Of a DNA stretch of 64,000 bases, positions 9,506 to 19,592 are shown piece by piece. Position 1 is the stretch's first letter. Each line of letters starts with the position of its first letter. The position numbers and the translations under genes were made by a program. Source of the DNA: Candidatus Woesebacteria bacterium UBA5941 (GTDB taxonomy: Bacteria; Patescibacteriota; Microgenomatia; UBA8517); contig DJCV01000017.1 of NCBI GenBank assembly GCA_002430735.1, positions 17,238 through 81,237 on the forward strand, written 5' to 3'. The notes under the pieces were generated by a model, which did not search any database, was not told where the DNA came from, and saw only the letters and a list, made by a program, of their open reading frames with translations.

Positions 9506-10204
9506 TTAGGAGAATTTTAATTCTTTTGAGTACTTGTCTGCAATTCTGGTTGGTTCAGGAAGTTTGTGTGCCTTCGTAGTGTTGATCGTCATTGTGAGGG
9601 CATCTGCCACAGAACATTTATGGCCAGGGGATATGAACAGTGGATTTGTCTTATCTTTGTTACAAAGGGCAACACCTAAGACCTCGTTTTTGTCAGATAC
9701 ATAGGTATAACTGCCCTTTATATGATCTGGTGGTGTGAATATTCCAGTCAGTCGGCTTTTCGCAACACCAATGGTTGGGATGTTCAGTGTAATACCTAAC
9801 TGTGTTGCGATTCCCATTCGCCTCGGGTGCATTATTCCTTGACCATCTACCATAATAAGCGACGGTATTTTGTGTAATTTCTTAAACGCTTCTAAAAGGT
9901 TTGGTATTTCGCGAAATGACAGAAACCCTGGAATGTAGGGAAGAGTAAGTGTTGAGATATGAGACACAACCTCTATTTCGGTAAGTTCTGGATACGTTAA
10001 TAAAACAAAAACAGACAGAATCTTATCCTCCATAATTGAGCTGTCACATCCAGCTATATAATCAATTTTTTTCGGCAGTGGTGTAAGTATTATTTGTTTC
10101 CGGAGTTCATTTTGCTGTTTTGTAAGGCTCGCAAGTACACCTGGTGCAATAACCGCTCGTTTTCGAGAATACCAACCCATAGCGGAGTATATCTCGTATT
10201 TCAT
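9506..10204 (-). CDS. nfi: endonuclease V (deoxyinosine 3' endonuclease)
   Basis: YIPGFLSFREIP, MVDGQGIMHPRRMGIATQLG, IGVAKSRL; track start 10216 is TTG, first ATG at 10204. Confidence 0.85.
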   Translation of the reverse strand: MKYEIYSAMGWYSRKRAVIAPGVLASLTKQQNELRKQIILTPLPKKIDYIAGCDSSIMEDKILSVFVLLTYPELTEIEVVSHISTLTLPYIPGFLSFREIPNLLEAFKKLHKIPSLIMVDGQGIMHPRRMGIATQLGITLNIPTIGVAKSRLTGIFTPPDHIKGSYTYVSDKNEVLGVALCNKDKTNPLFISPGHKCSVADALTMTINTTKAHKLPEPTRIADKYSKELKFS

Positions 10205-10251
10205 TGTATGCACCAATGCGTATTCAACTCCTCCTTTGCTATACTCAATTT

Positions 10252-10860
10252 ATGGATAAACCCATGGTTCCAGATGAAACAGTAAAGAAAGCCACGAATA
10301 AAACGTGGAATGAATGGGTAGTCCTTCTTGATTCCAAGGGAGCAGAAAAAATGACTCATTCGGACATTGTTAAAACCTTAGCAGAAAAAGATTTAATCGA
10401 AAGTAGTTGGTGGAGACAAATGGTTGCAAACGGGTACGAACGATTAAAAGGAAAACGAGTACTTGGCCAAACGACAACGCAGGGTTTTGAAGTAGGCGCA
10501 CAGCGTACAATGCCTATTTCAGGGGATAAAGCATGGAAATTGATCACATCTAATGTGGGTCGCAAAGAATGGCTCGGCACAGCACAAGTCACTCTATCAA
10601 AAGGCGAAACATTCAAAACACTCGACGGCGTTGAAGGTGAAATTCGAGTAGTAAACAAACAGAAGAATATTCGGGTATTCTGGAAGCCACGACTCTGGAA
10701 GCGTCATTCAATACTGCAAGTGCGAGTCGAATCTCGAGGGGATAAAAGTGTCGTCGGTTTCCATCATGAGCATTTACCAAATGCTAAAGCAAGAAAGGTG
10801 ATGCTTAATCACTGGCAGGCAGTGCTTCAAAAACTTGCGACAATGGTTCCAGCCTCATAA
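10252..10860 (+). CDS. DUF4287-like / SRPBCC-like hypothetical protein
   Basis: Track start 10204 is TTG overlapping nfi; ATG at 10252; N-terminal region resembles DUF4287. Confidence 0.45.
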   Translation: MDKPMVPDETVKKATNKTWNEWVVLLDSKGAEKMTHSDIVKTLAEKDLIESSWWRQMVANGYERLKGKRVLGQTTTQGFEVGAQRTMPISGDKAWKLITSNVGRKEWLGTAQVTLSKGETFKTLDGVEGEIRVVNKQKNIRVFWKPRLWKRHSILQVRVESRGDKSVVGFHHEHLPNAKARKVMLNHWQAVLQKLATMVPAS

Positions 10861-10934
10861 CAAGGGTTCGTTGTATTTGCCATTGACAGTGTTTTCTCAG
10901 GAGATCTACAGTGAACAGAGGAGGTGATTCATTT

Positions 10935-11174
10935 ATGAAAAGTACTGCTTGGTTACACGTTGTAGCTTTTACTCTAGTCGTAATTGGTGCAATTAATTGG
11001 GGTCTTGTTGGTTTATTGAATGTCAATTTAGTTGAGATGGTCTTTGGCGTTTCAATGCTCACTCAACTCGTGTATGTGCTCGTTGGTCTCTCTGGTCTTT
11101 ACCTGGTGTTCTGTCACAAAGAGGACTGTCGAAGTTGTGAAATGCTTATGAAGACTACTAAGAAAAGAAAGTAA
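10935..11174 (+). CDS. DUF378 family membrane protein
   Basis: GGAGG RBS then ATG; AINWGLVGLLNVNLVEMVFG...LVYVLVGLSGLY is the DUF378 signature. Confidence 0.7.
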   Translation: MKSTAWLHVVAFTLVVIGAINWGLVGLLNVNLVEMVFGVSMLTQLVYVLVGLSGLYLVFCHKEDCRSCEMLMKTTKKRK

Positions 11175-11248
11175 CGAAATATGATGAGTGATTCGTTAGC
11201 CGCGAAGAGCTCGTCATTTTCCTCGGTGAAAATGATATCTATTGTGTA

Positions 11249-12394
11249 TTATTGAGTTTGATTTGGTGCTGTCGTCGGCTGTGCTTCTTGGCTTGTTAAC
11301 TGTGTTTTTACGTATTCTTGAATGCTGGTCCAATCATCAATGCCGCTCTTAGGAATCAAGATATACTGTCGATCCGCACTATATGTTTCAGTTAAGACGT
11401 TATCAGTAGTCAACGCAATTGAGCTTACAGTATATGTTTTGTAGTCATTTATTTGGCTTGCAAACGTTTTCATTGCATCAAGTGGCATATCAGTTCGCAA
11501 GTCTCCGGCCAAGCTCTGGATAAAGGGAATAGCTTTCGGTACAAAGCCGATTTGAAGTACCTTGTTTTTAACGGCAAGCATAATTTCCTTTTGTCGGTTG
11601 CTCCGGGAGAAGTCACTGCCATCTTGCAGAGCATGACGGGAACGAGCAAATTTGAGCGCAGTTTCGCCATCCATATGAACAACCCCTCGATCAAATTTTA
11701 ATGCCTCGTAGCGACACATAAAGCTGTGTTCGAGTATTTCACCTGATAATGTTGCGGTTAATGCCTTTACATCATCTTCAGAGAAGCCACAGGTGTCAGT
11801 TTCTTTGCCAGTGATTGGAAAGTATGGATCTTCAAATGGTTTTGAGACGTTTACATCAACGCCACCTAAAATATCAATCGACTTCTTAAAACCTTCAAAA
11901 TCTAAGCTGACAAAATAGCGAACAGGGATTCCAAATATTTCTTGCACAACATGCTTCGCAAGAATTCCTCCACCTGCAAGACCTGTGTATTCAGTGGGCT
12001 TATTCGGGTAATTTCGATCATCGATTCCAATTGCATACGCGTGATTAATTTTATAGTGATCAACTTTTGGATTATTGATTGGGAGCGGTACCCAGAGGTC
12101 TCGGGGGATAGAGATTAAACTCACATGTTTTACTCGAGGGTTTACGACACCAAGAATCATGGTGTCACTTAAAAATCCGCCCTTTGAATTATCCCCACGT
12201 AGTCCGAGAAGGAGTACTCCATATGGAGCTAATGGATCAGGGGTTGGGGTAGGTGAGGATACCGCAACTCCCGGGTTTGGAGTGACAATAATCTGGCTAA
12301 TGGTATTTCGGAATGTGAAGTATGCAACGCTTATTAAGAATCCAACTGCGAAGAGAGCAAAAATCGACGCAACGGTGAGAAATTTGGTGCGCAT
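11249..12394 (-). CDS. LCP family (LytR-CpsA-Psr) cell-wall polymer transferase
   Basis: N-terminal TM, SIPRDLWVPL, KINHAYAIG, LDFEGFKKSIDILGGVDV. Confidence 0.85.
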   Translation of the reverse strand: MRTKFLTVASIFALFAVGFLISVAYFTFRNTISQIIVTPNPGVAVSSPTPTPDPLAPYGVLLLGLRGDNSKGGFLSDTMILGVVNPRVKHVSLISIPRDLWVPLPINNPKVDHYKINHAYAIGIDDRNYPNKPTEYTGLAGGGILAKHVVQEIFGIPVRYFVSLDFEGFKKSIDILGGVDVNVSKPFEDPYFPITGKETDTCGFSEDDVKALTATLSGEILEHSFMCRYEALKFDRGVVHMDGETALKFARSRHALQDGSDFSRSNRQKEIMLAVKNKVLQIGFVPKAIPFIQSLAGDLRTDMPLDAMKTFASQINDYKTYTVSSIALTTDNVLTETYSADRQYILIPKSGIDDWTSIQEYVKTQLTSQEAQPTTAPNQTQ

Positions 12395-12417
12395 ACGGAT
12401 TAGTATACAATAGCGCT

Positions 12418-12723
12418 ATGAGTTTGATCATTATTGTACTCATTTTACTGTGGTTTCTCGGCTACATTACGATCCCAGGAATTGCAGTTCCTCAATTTCC
12501 TCTTTTTCAGTTTAATGGGAAGCCAGTCACATTGTGGGATATTGTTATTTTCCTGGTCATTCTCTGGGCGATTGAAAGTGCACCCTCTCCGATACGTAAG
12601 ATCTGTATTGTGCTTGTTATTGTCTGGACTCTCTCAACACTACATATTATTGCAATCACTGGGCTATCAACGATTTTAGTGGTAGCCGTCATTGGAGGAC
12701 TGGTTCTCAGTTTGTTTAAATAA
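12418..12723 (+). CDS. small hypothetical membrane protein
   Basis: ATG start; three hydrophobic segments. Confidence 0.4.
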   Translation: MSLIIIVLILLWFLGYITIPGIAVPQFPLFQFNGKPVTLWDIVIFLVILWAIESAPSPIRKICIVLVIVWTLSTLHIIAITGLSTILVVAVIGGLVLSLFK

Positions 12724-12800
12724 GAAGAATATGGTATACTACCCTGTAACAATTTAATAAAGAAAGCTTCTTCATTTGATAAGCTCGAAATCTTTAAGAT

Positions 12801-13610
12801 ATGAAAGATACTCAATTAATCGCTGAACGAGGACAGACAGACATTCACGTTCCAGCTAATAAAAATGAACTTCTCGAAAAGGCACTCGTTATGGTGAATA
12901 CCAACGAGGAAATTAAAACCCTTTGGAGGATTACTAACGTAAATGCTATGGATCGGCTTCGATGGGCTGATCATGGTTCTGTGCATTTTCAAATAGTAGC
13001 AAATATTTCTCTTCGTTTAGCTCGAATTTTACACAAGCACGGAGTAGAAATGTCTATTACCAAGAATTTCGGATTAAGTTATGAGCATGCGGAACTTGTC
13101 ATCTTTCTCGCAAGCTTATTCCACGATTTGGGAATGTCTATTAATCGAAACGGTCACGAAGAATTTAGCTTAATCATTGCAAATAATTTAATGCGTGAGA
13201 ATCTTAACTTCTTAACGTTAGAAGAGAGAACTATTGTGACGAGTGAAGTACTGCATGCCATTATTAACCACCGAGATGATGGTAATCCATTAACTATTGA
13301 AGCAGGAATTGTCATGATTGGAGATGCGCTTGATATGAGTCAAGGAAGAAGCAGACTTGGTGTTGAAGATGGCGCTGTAAACATTCATTCAATTTCAGCA
13401 TATGCAATTAATAATGTTGAAATTAATGAGGGAACAGACAAAGCAATTGAAATCGATATTTATATGAATAACTCCTCTGGACTATTCCAAGTAGATGAGC
13501 TTTTAAAGCATAAAATAAAAGGGAGTGGTCTTGAAAAGTATTTGAATGTAAAGGCAATGGTTGTCGGAAAGACTGAAAAGAAAATTCTCAAAGAATTCAT
13601 TTTAAAGTAA
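12801..13610 (+). CDS. HD-domain phosphohydrolase-like protein
   Basis: H...HD motif: HGSVHFQ ... LASLFHDLGM ... HRDDGNP. Confidence 0.65.
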   Translation: MKDTQLIAERGQTDIHVPANKNELLEKALVMVNTNEEIKTLWRITNVNAMDRLRWADHGSVHFQIVANISLRLARILHKHGVEMSITKNFGLSYEHAELVIFLASLFHDLGMSINRNGHEEFSLIIANNLMRENLNFLTLEERTIVTSEVLHAIINHRDDGNPLTIEAGIVMIGDALDMSQGRSRLGVEDGAVNIHSISAYAINNVEINEGTDKAIEIDIYMNNSSGLFQVDELLKHKIKGSGLEKYLNVKAMVVGKTEKKILKEFILK

Positions 13611-13821
13611 CACTTTTTCTCTTACTTCATTCTTACAGGAGTAGTATCCCTCTTCATACGCTCATCAATTAACCTTTAGGTAATGAATACGGCAGATATC
13701 TTTTACACAGTCGCCACAATATTTATGATCCTGCATCTTATCTTTGTTGGATTTATTATCTGGTACATTTTGCGCTCAGTCCGGGAATTTTGAAAAGCAT
13801 TAGAGGAGGGGGTGAGCAAAA

Positions 13822-14136
13822 GTGAACCACAATAAACAAGGACAGACTGCTGCAGGTGGAATAATGAAAAGTGCGTTAGCTGGTATGGCTATTGGTGCCG
13901 CCGCAGTTGTGTTATCTAAAAAAGAAAACCGCAAAAAAGTTCAGAGCAAGATGACTGAATTATTAGATATGATGAAAGCACAATCATTTTCAGAGAAGAA
14001 ACGTAATCTTATGAGTAGTGTTGCAAGTATGAGCGCTCAAATAGAATTATTAAAACGAAAGAAAGAATTTGAATCGCTTGATGAAGGTCTTAAAGAATCA
14101 ATTGAACGACTGTCTGAACGAATGACTCGCTTATGA
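13822..14136 (+). CDS. YtxH-like small protein
   Basis: GGAGGGGG RBS 9 nt before GTG 13822; MKSALAGMAIGAAAVVLSKKENRKKV is YtxH-like, then a coiled coil. Confidence 0.45.
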   Translation: MNHNKQGQTAAGGIMKSALAGMAIGAAAVVLSKKENRKKVQSKMTELLDMMKAQSFSEKKRNLMSSVASMSAQIELLKRKKEFESLDEGLKESIERLSERMTRL

Positions 14137-14179
14137 CTTCAGCTAAAATTGTTTTTCGAAGAAGTGAAGCAAAAGTAAA

Positions 14180-14842
14180 TTACCACTCAATAGGATCCAT
14201 ATTATGCATGATTAAGTATGCATTCGCCTGACTAAACGGACGACTTCCAAAAAACCCATTGTCGGCAGAAAACGGGGACGGATGTGCAGCTTTAAGCACT
14301 AAATGTCTTTGTGAATCAATAATTTGGCCTTTCTTTTGTGCATACGACCCCCACAACATAAATACCAGATGTTCCTTTTTACTATTGAGAAGTGAAATGA
14401 CGCTGTCCGTAAATTCCTCCCACCCTTTCTGCTGGTGACTCCCGGGTTTCCCAGACTCAACCGTAAGGGTTGCATTTAAAAGGAGCACACCTTGTTCAGC
14501 CCACCGTGACAAATCTCCTGAAGGAGAGATTTCAGTCCCGATGTCACTTTTTAGTTCCTTATAAATATTTGCCAGTGAAGGTGGAGTTCTCACACCTTCA
14601 ATAACGGAAAACGAGAGCCCATGTGCTTGTCGTGCACCGTGATACGGATCTTGGCCAAGAATGACAACTCGGACGTTCTCAAATGGGGTTTTATTAAAAG
14701 CTGCAAAGATTTGTCCTGCTGGTGGATATATTTCTTTTGTTTGATATTCGCTTTTAACAAATGAAACCAGGCTTTTGAAATACGGTTTTTCAAATTCATC
14801 TGACAGAACTTCTTTCCAACTAGGCTCGATTTTCACATTCAT
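14180..14842 (-). CDS. ung: uracil-DNA glycosylase (family 1)
   Basis: VVILGQDPYHGARQAHGLSFSV, LLLNATLTV, HPSPFSA. Confidence 0.9.
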   Translation of the reverse strand: MNVKIEPSWKEVLSDEFEKPYFKSLVSFVKSEYQTKEIYPPAGQIFAAFNKTPFENVRVVILGQDPYHGARQAHGLSFSVIEGVRTPPSLANIYKELKSDIGTEISPSGDLSRWAEQGVLLLNATLTVESGKPGSHQQKGWEEFTDSVISLLNSKKEHLVFMLWGSYAQKKGQIIDSQRHLVLKAAHPSPFSADNGFFGSRPFSQANAYLIMHNMDPIEW

Positions 14843-14889
14843 GTAATTTCGATTATACTATCGTCGTAGGAAAGTGTGAGGAGGATAGA

Positions 14890-15117
14890 ATGTCAGTGAA
14901 GGTTCCTGAACACATGTATGAATGGGTGTTGTTTAGTGCGACCGGGTGGCTTGATCGTGATTTCAATGTTCATGAGTTTGAATCATACGATCAGTGTGTT
15001 CGCCACCGTAAGTTTCTTCGCACTGTGCGAAAGCTTATTGAAAAGGGCACTGTCATCCGGGCGGTGGAAGTGGTAAAGCTCAAAAATGGGTGGAGCCCTT
15101 ACAACGAAATCCGTTGA
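14890..15117 (+). CDS. hypothetical small protein
   Basis: ATG start; 75 aa; terminator follows. Confidence 0.35.
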   Translation: MSVKVPEHMYEWVLFSATGWLDRDFNVHEFESYDQCVRHRKFLRTVRKLIEKGTVIRAVEVVKLKNGWSPYNEIR

Positions 15118-15127
15118 TCGTTAGTCG

Positions 15128-15155
15128 TGGGGCGTCTGTACGCCCCATTTTTTTT
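15128..15155 (+). terminator. rho-independent terminator (TGGGGCG-tctgta-CGCCCCA + T8)
   Basis: Read directly; 8 consecutive T after the stem. Confidence 0.65.
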
Positions 15156-15195
15156 GGACTATAATTACAAATGAGTGTAGAATACGAGCTCAACA

Positions 15196-16215
15196 ATGGA
15201 AACATCAAAGAAAACACCGTTTTATAAAAAGAAAAAAGTCTGGGCAATTGCATTAGTTGCTATTGCTCTTTTCTTCTTTATCCGAACAATCTCAAGCAAA
15301 AACAGTGAACCGCAAGAAACGGCCAAAGTTGAGCGCGGGCAAGTAAAAGAGGAACTCGTTTTGTCAGGTGAAATTAAGGCGGTAAATAAAGCCGATTTGG
15401 CGTTCGGGTCTTCAGGCATTTTGTCCTGGGTAGGAGTGAAGTCTGGTGATCAAGTGAAACGAGGCCAAGCCTTAGCTAAGCTTGATACTACAGCTCTAAA
15501 TAGTGCCTATCTTCAAAGTCTTTCAAATTTGAGAGCGGCTGATGCTACGGTAGCTCGAGTACACGATGATTTGAAAAATAAAGATACGACCGAAAGCTTT
15601 ACCGAACGAGAAACTCGTGTCCTCGCTGAAAGTGCAAAAGACAAATCATATGATGCGATGGTCGCAGCACAAAAAGCGCTCCGTGATGCAACCATTACGG
15701 CACCTTTTGACGGTCTTGTGACTGTAATTACAAATGAGACTCCTGGGTTAAATGTAACGGTTGGTACACCTCAAGTAGAAGTGGTTGATCCAAAATCAAT
15801 TTATTTTTCAGTGAATGCAGACCAAACCGAAGTGTCTCGATTTAAAATTGGAGAAACAGCAACCGTTTCCTTGGATGCATTCGGGGATGACCAATTCACC
15901 GGAACTATCACCGCTATTTCTTTTACTCCAAGTGCTGTTGACTCAGGCACTGTATATCCAATGCGACTAACACTCAAAGTTGATAACAGTAATTATAAGT
16001 ATCGCGTTGGATTAACAGGGGATGCACAGTTTGTCTTATCACAAAAAGATAATGTGTTATTTGTACCGAACAATTTCATTAAAAATGACCGCGATGGAAA
16101 ATACGTGTTAGTGGGAGATGGAACAGAGAAAAAGTACATTGAAGTTGGTATCCAAGGAGATGAGCGTACTGAGGTAAGTGGTGACATTACTGAAGGCACG
16201 GTCATTTACAATTAA
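15196..16215 (+). CDS. HlyD/MacA-type periplasmic adaptor (efflux membrane fusion protein)
   Basis: N-terminal TM, biotinyl-lipoyl-like GEIKAV...VKSGDQVKRGQALAKLD, coiled coil, beta-barrel. Confidence 0.8.
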   Translation: METSKKTPFYKKKKVWAIALVAIALFFFIRTISSKNSEPQETAKVERGQVKEELVLSGEIKAVNKADLAFGSSGILSWVGVKSGDQVKRGQALAKLDTTALNSAYLQSLSNLRAADATVARVHDDLKNKDTTESFTERETRVLAESAKDKSYDAMVAAQKALRDATITAPFDGLVTVITNETPGLNVTVGTPQVEVVDPKSIYFSVNADQTEVSRFKIGETATVSLDAFGDDQFTGTITAISFTPSAVDSGTVYPMRLTLKVDNSNYKYRVGLTGDAQFVLSQKDNVLFVPNNFIKNDRDGKYVLVGDGTEKKYIEVGIQGDERTEVSGDITEGTVIYN

Positions 16216-16220
16216 TCCCC

Positions 16221-16895
16221 ATGATTGAAGCAAAAAATGTGAGTAAGGTGTACTCAGTGGCAGATGGTGACTTCTATGCACTAAAGGATGTATCCGTTTC
16301 TATAAAAGATAAAGAGTATGTGAGTATTCTTGGTACCTCAGGAAGTGGTAAATCAACTCTCATGCATATTATTGGCCTTTTGGACCGTCCCACCAGTGGT
16401 GAAATCTTAATTGACGGAAAAAAGATTGAAACATTTTCAGATAATCAGCTCTCGACCATACGAGGGCAAAAAATAGGGTTTGTTTTCCAGCAATTTAATC
16501 TCATTCAAAAATTAACAGTACTTGAGAATATTTTGCTCCCAACTGTCTATGCAAAACATAAGATGCAATTTAACGCAAAAGAATACGCAATGGAGCTTCT
16601 TAAGCGATTTGGAATTGAACATCGCGCTGATTTTTATCCCAATAAACTTTCTGGAGGACAACAGCAACGCGTGGCAATTGCGCGAGCGCTGATTATGAAA
16701 CCAACCATTGTGTTAGCTGATGAGCCAACTGGAAACTTGGATAGTAAAACAGGTGAGGAAATTCTTCAGTTACTTGAAACACTCAATAAAGAATTAGGAG
16801 TCACTATTTGTATCGTGACCCACGACAAAACAGTTGCACATCGTACAAAGAGACAAATCTTTGTAAAAGACGGCGAGATTGTGAAGAAATACTAA
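16221..16895 (+). CDS. ABC transporter ATP-binding protein (MacB/LolD type)
   Basis: GTSGSGKST Walker [28 protein letters not shown]. Confidence 0.9.
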   Translation: MIEAKNVSKVYSVADGDFYALKDVSVSIKDKEYVSILGTSGSGKSTLMHIIGLLDRPTSGEILIDGKKIETFSDNQLSTIRGQKIGFVFQQFNLIQKLTVLENILLPTVYAKHKMQFNAKEYAMELLKRFGIEHRADFYPNKLSGGQQQRVAIARALIMKPTIVLADEPTGNLDSKTGEEILQLLETLNKELGVTICIVTHDKTVAHRTKRQIFVKDGEIVKKY

Positions 16896-16899
16896 TTCC

Positions 16900-18108
16900 A
16901 TGAAATATCTATCATTCCATTTAAGAACGGCACTAAAGAATTTCGGACGCAACAAAGTCCGCACGTTTTTGACTTCTTTAGGGATTTTAATAGGGGTGCT
17001 TTCAGTCGTTATTTTAATTGCGTTGGGAGTCGGACTTCGAAACTATATTGAAGGGCAGTTCGCGAGCTTAGGCACAAATCTTATATTCGTTTTACCAGGT
17101 CAGGTATTGAGTGAAGGTGGAGGATTTCAAGATCCTGGAATTGGAGGAATTACCTTCGATGAACGAGACGTAAAATCGCTGCAGCGAACACCACAGGTTG
17201 AATATGTTGTTCCATTGATCAATAAACCAGTAACAGTTGAAGCTAACGGGATTAGCAAATCTGGGTCCGTTTTTGGAGGAACGGCGGATATGTTTGTAAT
17301 CTTTAATTTAGAGGCGCAGCGTGGCGAGTTGTTTACGGCATCCGATGTGGGAAAGCGCTCTAAGTCTGTGGTTATTGGAAGTACACTTGCCGTAGATTTG
17401 TTTGGTGACGTCGACAGTGCCGTTGGGCAAAAAGTCGTTGTCGCAAATCAACGATTTTCCGTTATCGGAGTATTAAAGGAAAAGGGTGGTGGAGGCTTCG
17501 GTGGGCCAAGCTATGACAGTGGTGTCTTCCTTCCGTATACAACAGCTTTTACTGGTATTTCACCGGACAAGAACTTTGCGGCCATTTATTTAGGAGCTGT
17601 TAAAGATGCCGACATTGATCAACTAGTTACTGATGCCGAGACCATTCTATTAAAGCGATATAAAAAGGATGACTTCTCAGTGGTGAAACAAACTGAAATC
17701 TTAAATGCCATCACATCCATCTTTGGAATCATTAATACTGTTCTGTTAGCAATTGGATCAATTTCATTAGTCGTTGGAGGGATTGGAATTATGAATATCA
17801 TGTACGCAAATGTGACAGAACGTACCAAAGAAGTCGGCATACGACGCGCAATTGGTGCAACTAAGCGAGATATTTTAATGCAGTTTTTAGCAGAGAGTAT
17901 TTTACTTTCCTTGTTTGGTGGAGTGGGTGGATTACTTTTAGCAGTATTGATTGTTCTTGTTGTTCAACAGTTTTTCCCACTCGCAATTAATTCGACATCT
18001 GTTGTTGCGGCCCTTGGTATTTCAACTGCTATTGGTGTGTTTTTCGGAGTCTTCCCAGCTCGTCGCGCAGCAAACCTTGCTCCAATTGAGGCGATTCGAT
18101 ACGAATAA
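16900..18108 (+). CDS. ABC transporter permease, FtsX/MacB family
   Basis: MacB-like periplasmic domain between TM1 and TM2; C-terminal FtsX 3-TM bundle. Confidence 0.85.
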   Translation: MKYLSFHLRTALKNFGRNKVRTFLTSLGILIGVLSVVILIALGVGLRNYIEGQFASLGTNLIFVLPGQVLSEGGGFQDPGIGGITFDERDVKSLQRTPQVEYVVPLINKPVTVEANGISKSGSVFGGTADMFVIFNLEAQRGELFTASDVGKRSKSVVIGSTLAVDLFGDVDSAVGQKVVVANQRFSVIGVLKEKGGGGFGGPSYDSGVFLPYTTAFTGISPDKNFAAIYLGAVKDADIDQLVTDAETILLKRYKKDDFSVVKQTEILNAITSIFGIINTVLLAIGSISLVVGGIGIMNIMYANVTERTKEVGIRRAIGATKRDILMQFLAESILLSLFGGVGGLLLAVLIVLVVQQFFPLAINSTSVVAALGISTAIGVFFGVFPARRAANLAPIEAIRYE

Positions 18109-18121
18109 TCCCGAACGATTC

Positions 18122-18754
18122 TCAGTGCTTCACACTCCCAATCATTGTAGATAATGCCATGCGGTCAATTAATACACATCTATTGCTGTATGCAAGTTTT
18201 TTAGCAAGTGGGGTGTAGTAGCTATTCGTAACAACAATAGAGCTAGTACACCGATACTGTGCCATTCCAGCAACGGCATCGGACACCGCACTTCTTCCTA
18301 CTGAACCTGTATATCTCTTTACTTGAATAGCAATTCGTTCACCGTTTTTTATAGCAATCAGGTCAACACCTAGATCACCTGACACGGGGGTGCGTTCAAC
18401 TCGATATCCTTGCAGCTCGTACAGATATGCAACAAATTCCTCAAACTCAACTCCTGTCATCGCGTCTACAGAGTGAAGCGTTACGTTTTCATACCGCTTT
18501 CGTTTTACATATTGAATGGCATACACCGCTGCTACACTCAGGCCGATACACATTAGAATAATGAATGCTGCAAAAAGGATAATTTCTTCTGTGCTTAATA
18601 CAATGGTGCTCATCGACAAGGCGTATATGGTCAAAAATGCAACAATCCCCAATAGCACGATGAGTAACTGCATCGTTGAAAGTGGCTTTACAATGCGACG
18701 CCGGTAATAGGGGTATCGTTTTCGATAATATGGCTGATAGTATGTGCGTCTCAT
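18122..18754 (-). CDS. membrane-anchored Mrr-like restriction endonuclease domain protein
   Basis: Two N-terminal TM helices, then Mrr_cat-like FEEFVAYLYELQGYRVERTPVSGDLGVDLIA...IQVKRY; track start 18760 is TTG, ATG at 18754. Confidence 0.7.
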   Translation of the reverse strand: MRRTYYQPYYRKRYPYYRRRIVKPLSTMQLLIVLLGIVAFLTIYALSMSTIVLSTEEIILFAAFIILMCIGLSVAAVYAIQYVKRKRYENVTLHSVDAMTGVEFEEFVAYLYELQGYRVERTPVSGDLGVDLIAIKNGERIAIQVKRYTGSVGRSAVSDAVAGMAQYRCTSSIVVTNSYYTPLAKKLAYSNRCVLIDRMALSTMIGSVKH

Positions 18755-18788
18755 TCCCAATTATACGAATTATGGTAGTGTATGTCTC

Positions 18789-19589
18789 ATGAAGGGTGAA
18801 TTCGTTGAAATTATTTGGAACCATTACAAAACGAATAAGCGTTCATTTCCATGGAGAGAAACGCAGAATCCATACTTTATTTTTCTCTCTGAAGTAATGC
18901 TGCAACAAACACAAACATCCAGAGTTGTTGAGAAGTATAACGAGTTTATTGAACTGTTTCCGACAGTCACACATTTGGCTGCAGCGGACTTTTCGCAGGT
19001 GCTCACTCATTGGAGTGGTCTTGGTTACAATCGTCGTGCGAAGTTTTTATGGGAAGCTGCAAAGCAAATACAAACACTCCATGAAGGAAAAATTCCACAT
19101 GACGTAACAAAGCTCGATGCCCTACCGGGAATTGGATACAACACAGCCGCCGCGATACTCGTCTATGCGTTTAATACTCCTATTGCATTTATTGAGACGA
19201 ATATTCGACGCATCTATATTCATCATTTTTTCTCACACAGGAAGCTGGTTTCTGATGCTGAGTTATTACCACTCATCGCAGAAACAATGGACAGAGACAA
19301 TCCTCGTGAATGGTTTTGGGCTCTCATGGATTATGGATCAAATCTTGCAAAGACAACGACAAACCCAAACCGTAAAAGTAAACACTATTCAAAACAATCA
19401 ACTTTCACTGGTTCAGTTCGCCAGGTGCGGGGGAGTATTTTAAAATTACTCATAGCGAATAAAACGCTCAATAAAAGTAAACTAAAAGATCTCGTAGAAG
19501 GCGACAAGGCTCATTTTGATGCAGCGGTAGCACAACTTCTGAGCGAAGGTTTTATTAGGAGAAAAGGGCAGAATATTACTTTACAATGA
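18789..19589 (+). CDS. HhH-GPD DNA glycosylase (MutY/Nth-like, no obvious 4Cys cluster)
   Basis: FPWRETQNPYFIFLSEVMLQQTQ, GLGYNRRAKFLWEAAKQI, LPGIGYNTAAAIL; track start 18744 is GTG overlapping the Mrr gene. Confidence 0.75.
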   Translation: MKGEFVEIIWNHYKTNKRSFPWRETQNPYFIFLSEVMLQQTQTSRVVEKYNEFIELFPTVTHLAAADFSQVLTHWSGLGYNRRAKFLWEAAKQIQTLHEGKIPHDVTKLDALPGIGYNTAAAILVYAFNTPIAFIETNIRRIYIHHFFSHRKLVSDAELLPLIAETMDRDNPREWFWALMDYGSNLAKTTTNPNRKSKHYSKQSTFTGSVRQVRGSILKLLIANKTLNKSKLKDLVEGDKAHFDAAVAQLLSEGFIRRKGQNITLQ

Positions 19590-19592
19590 AGT

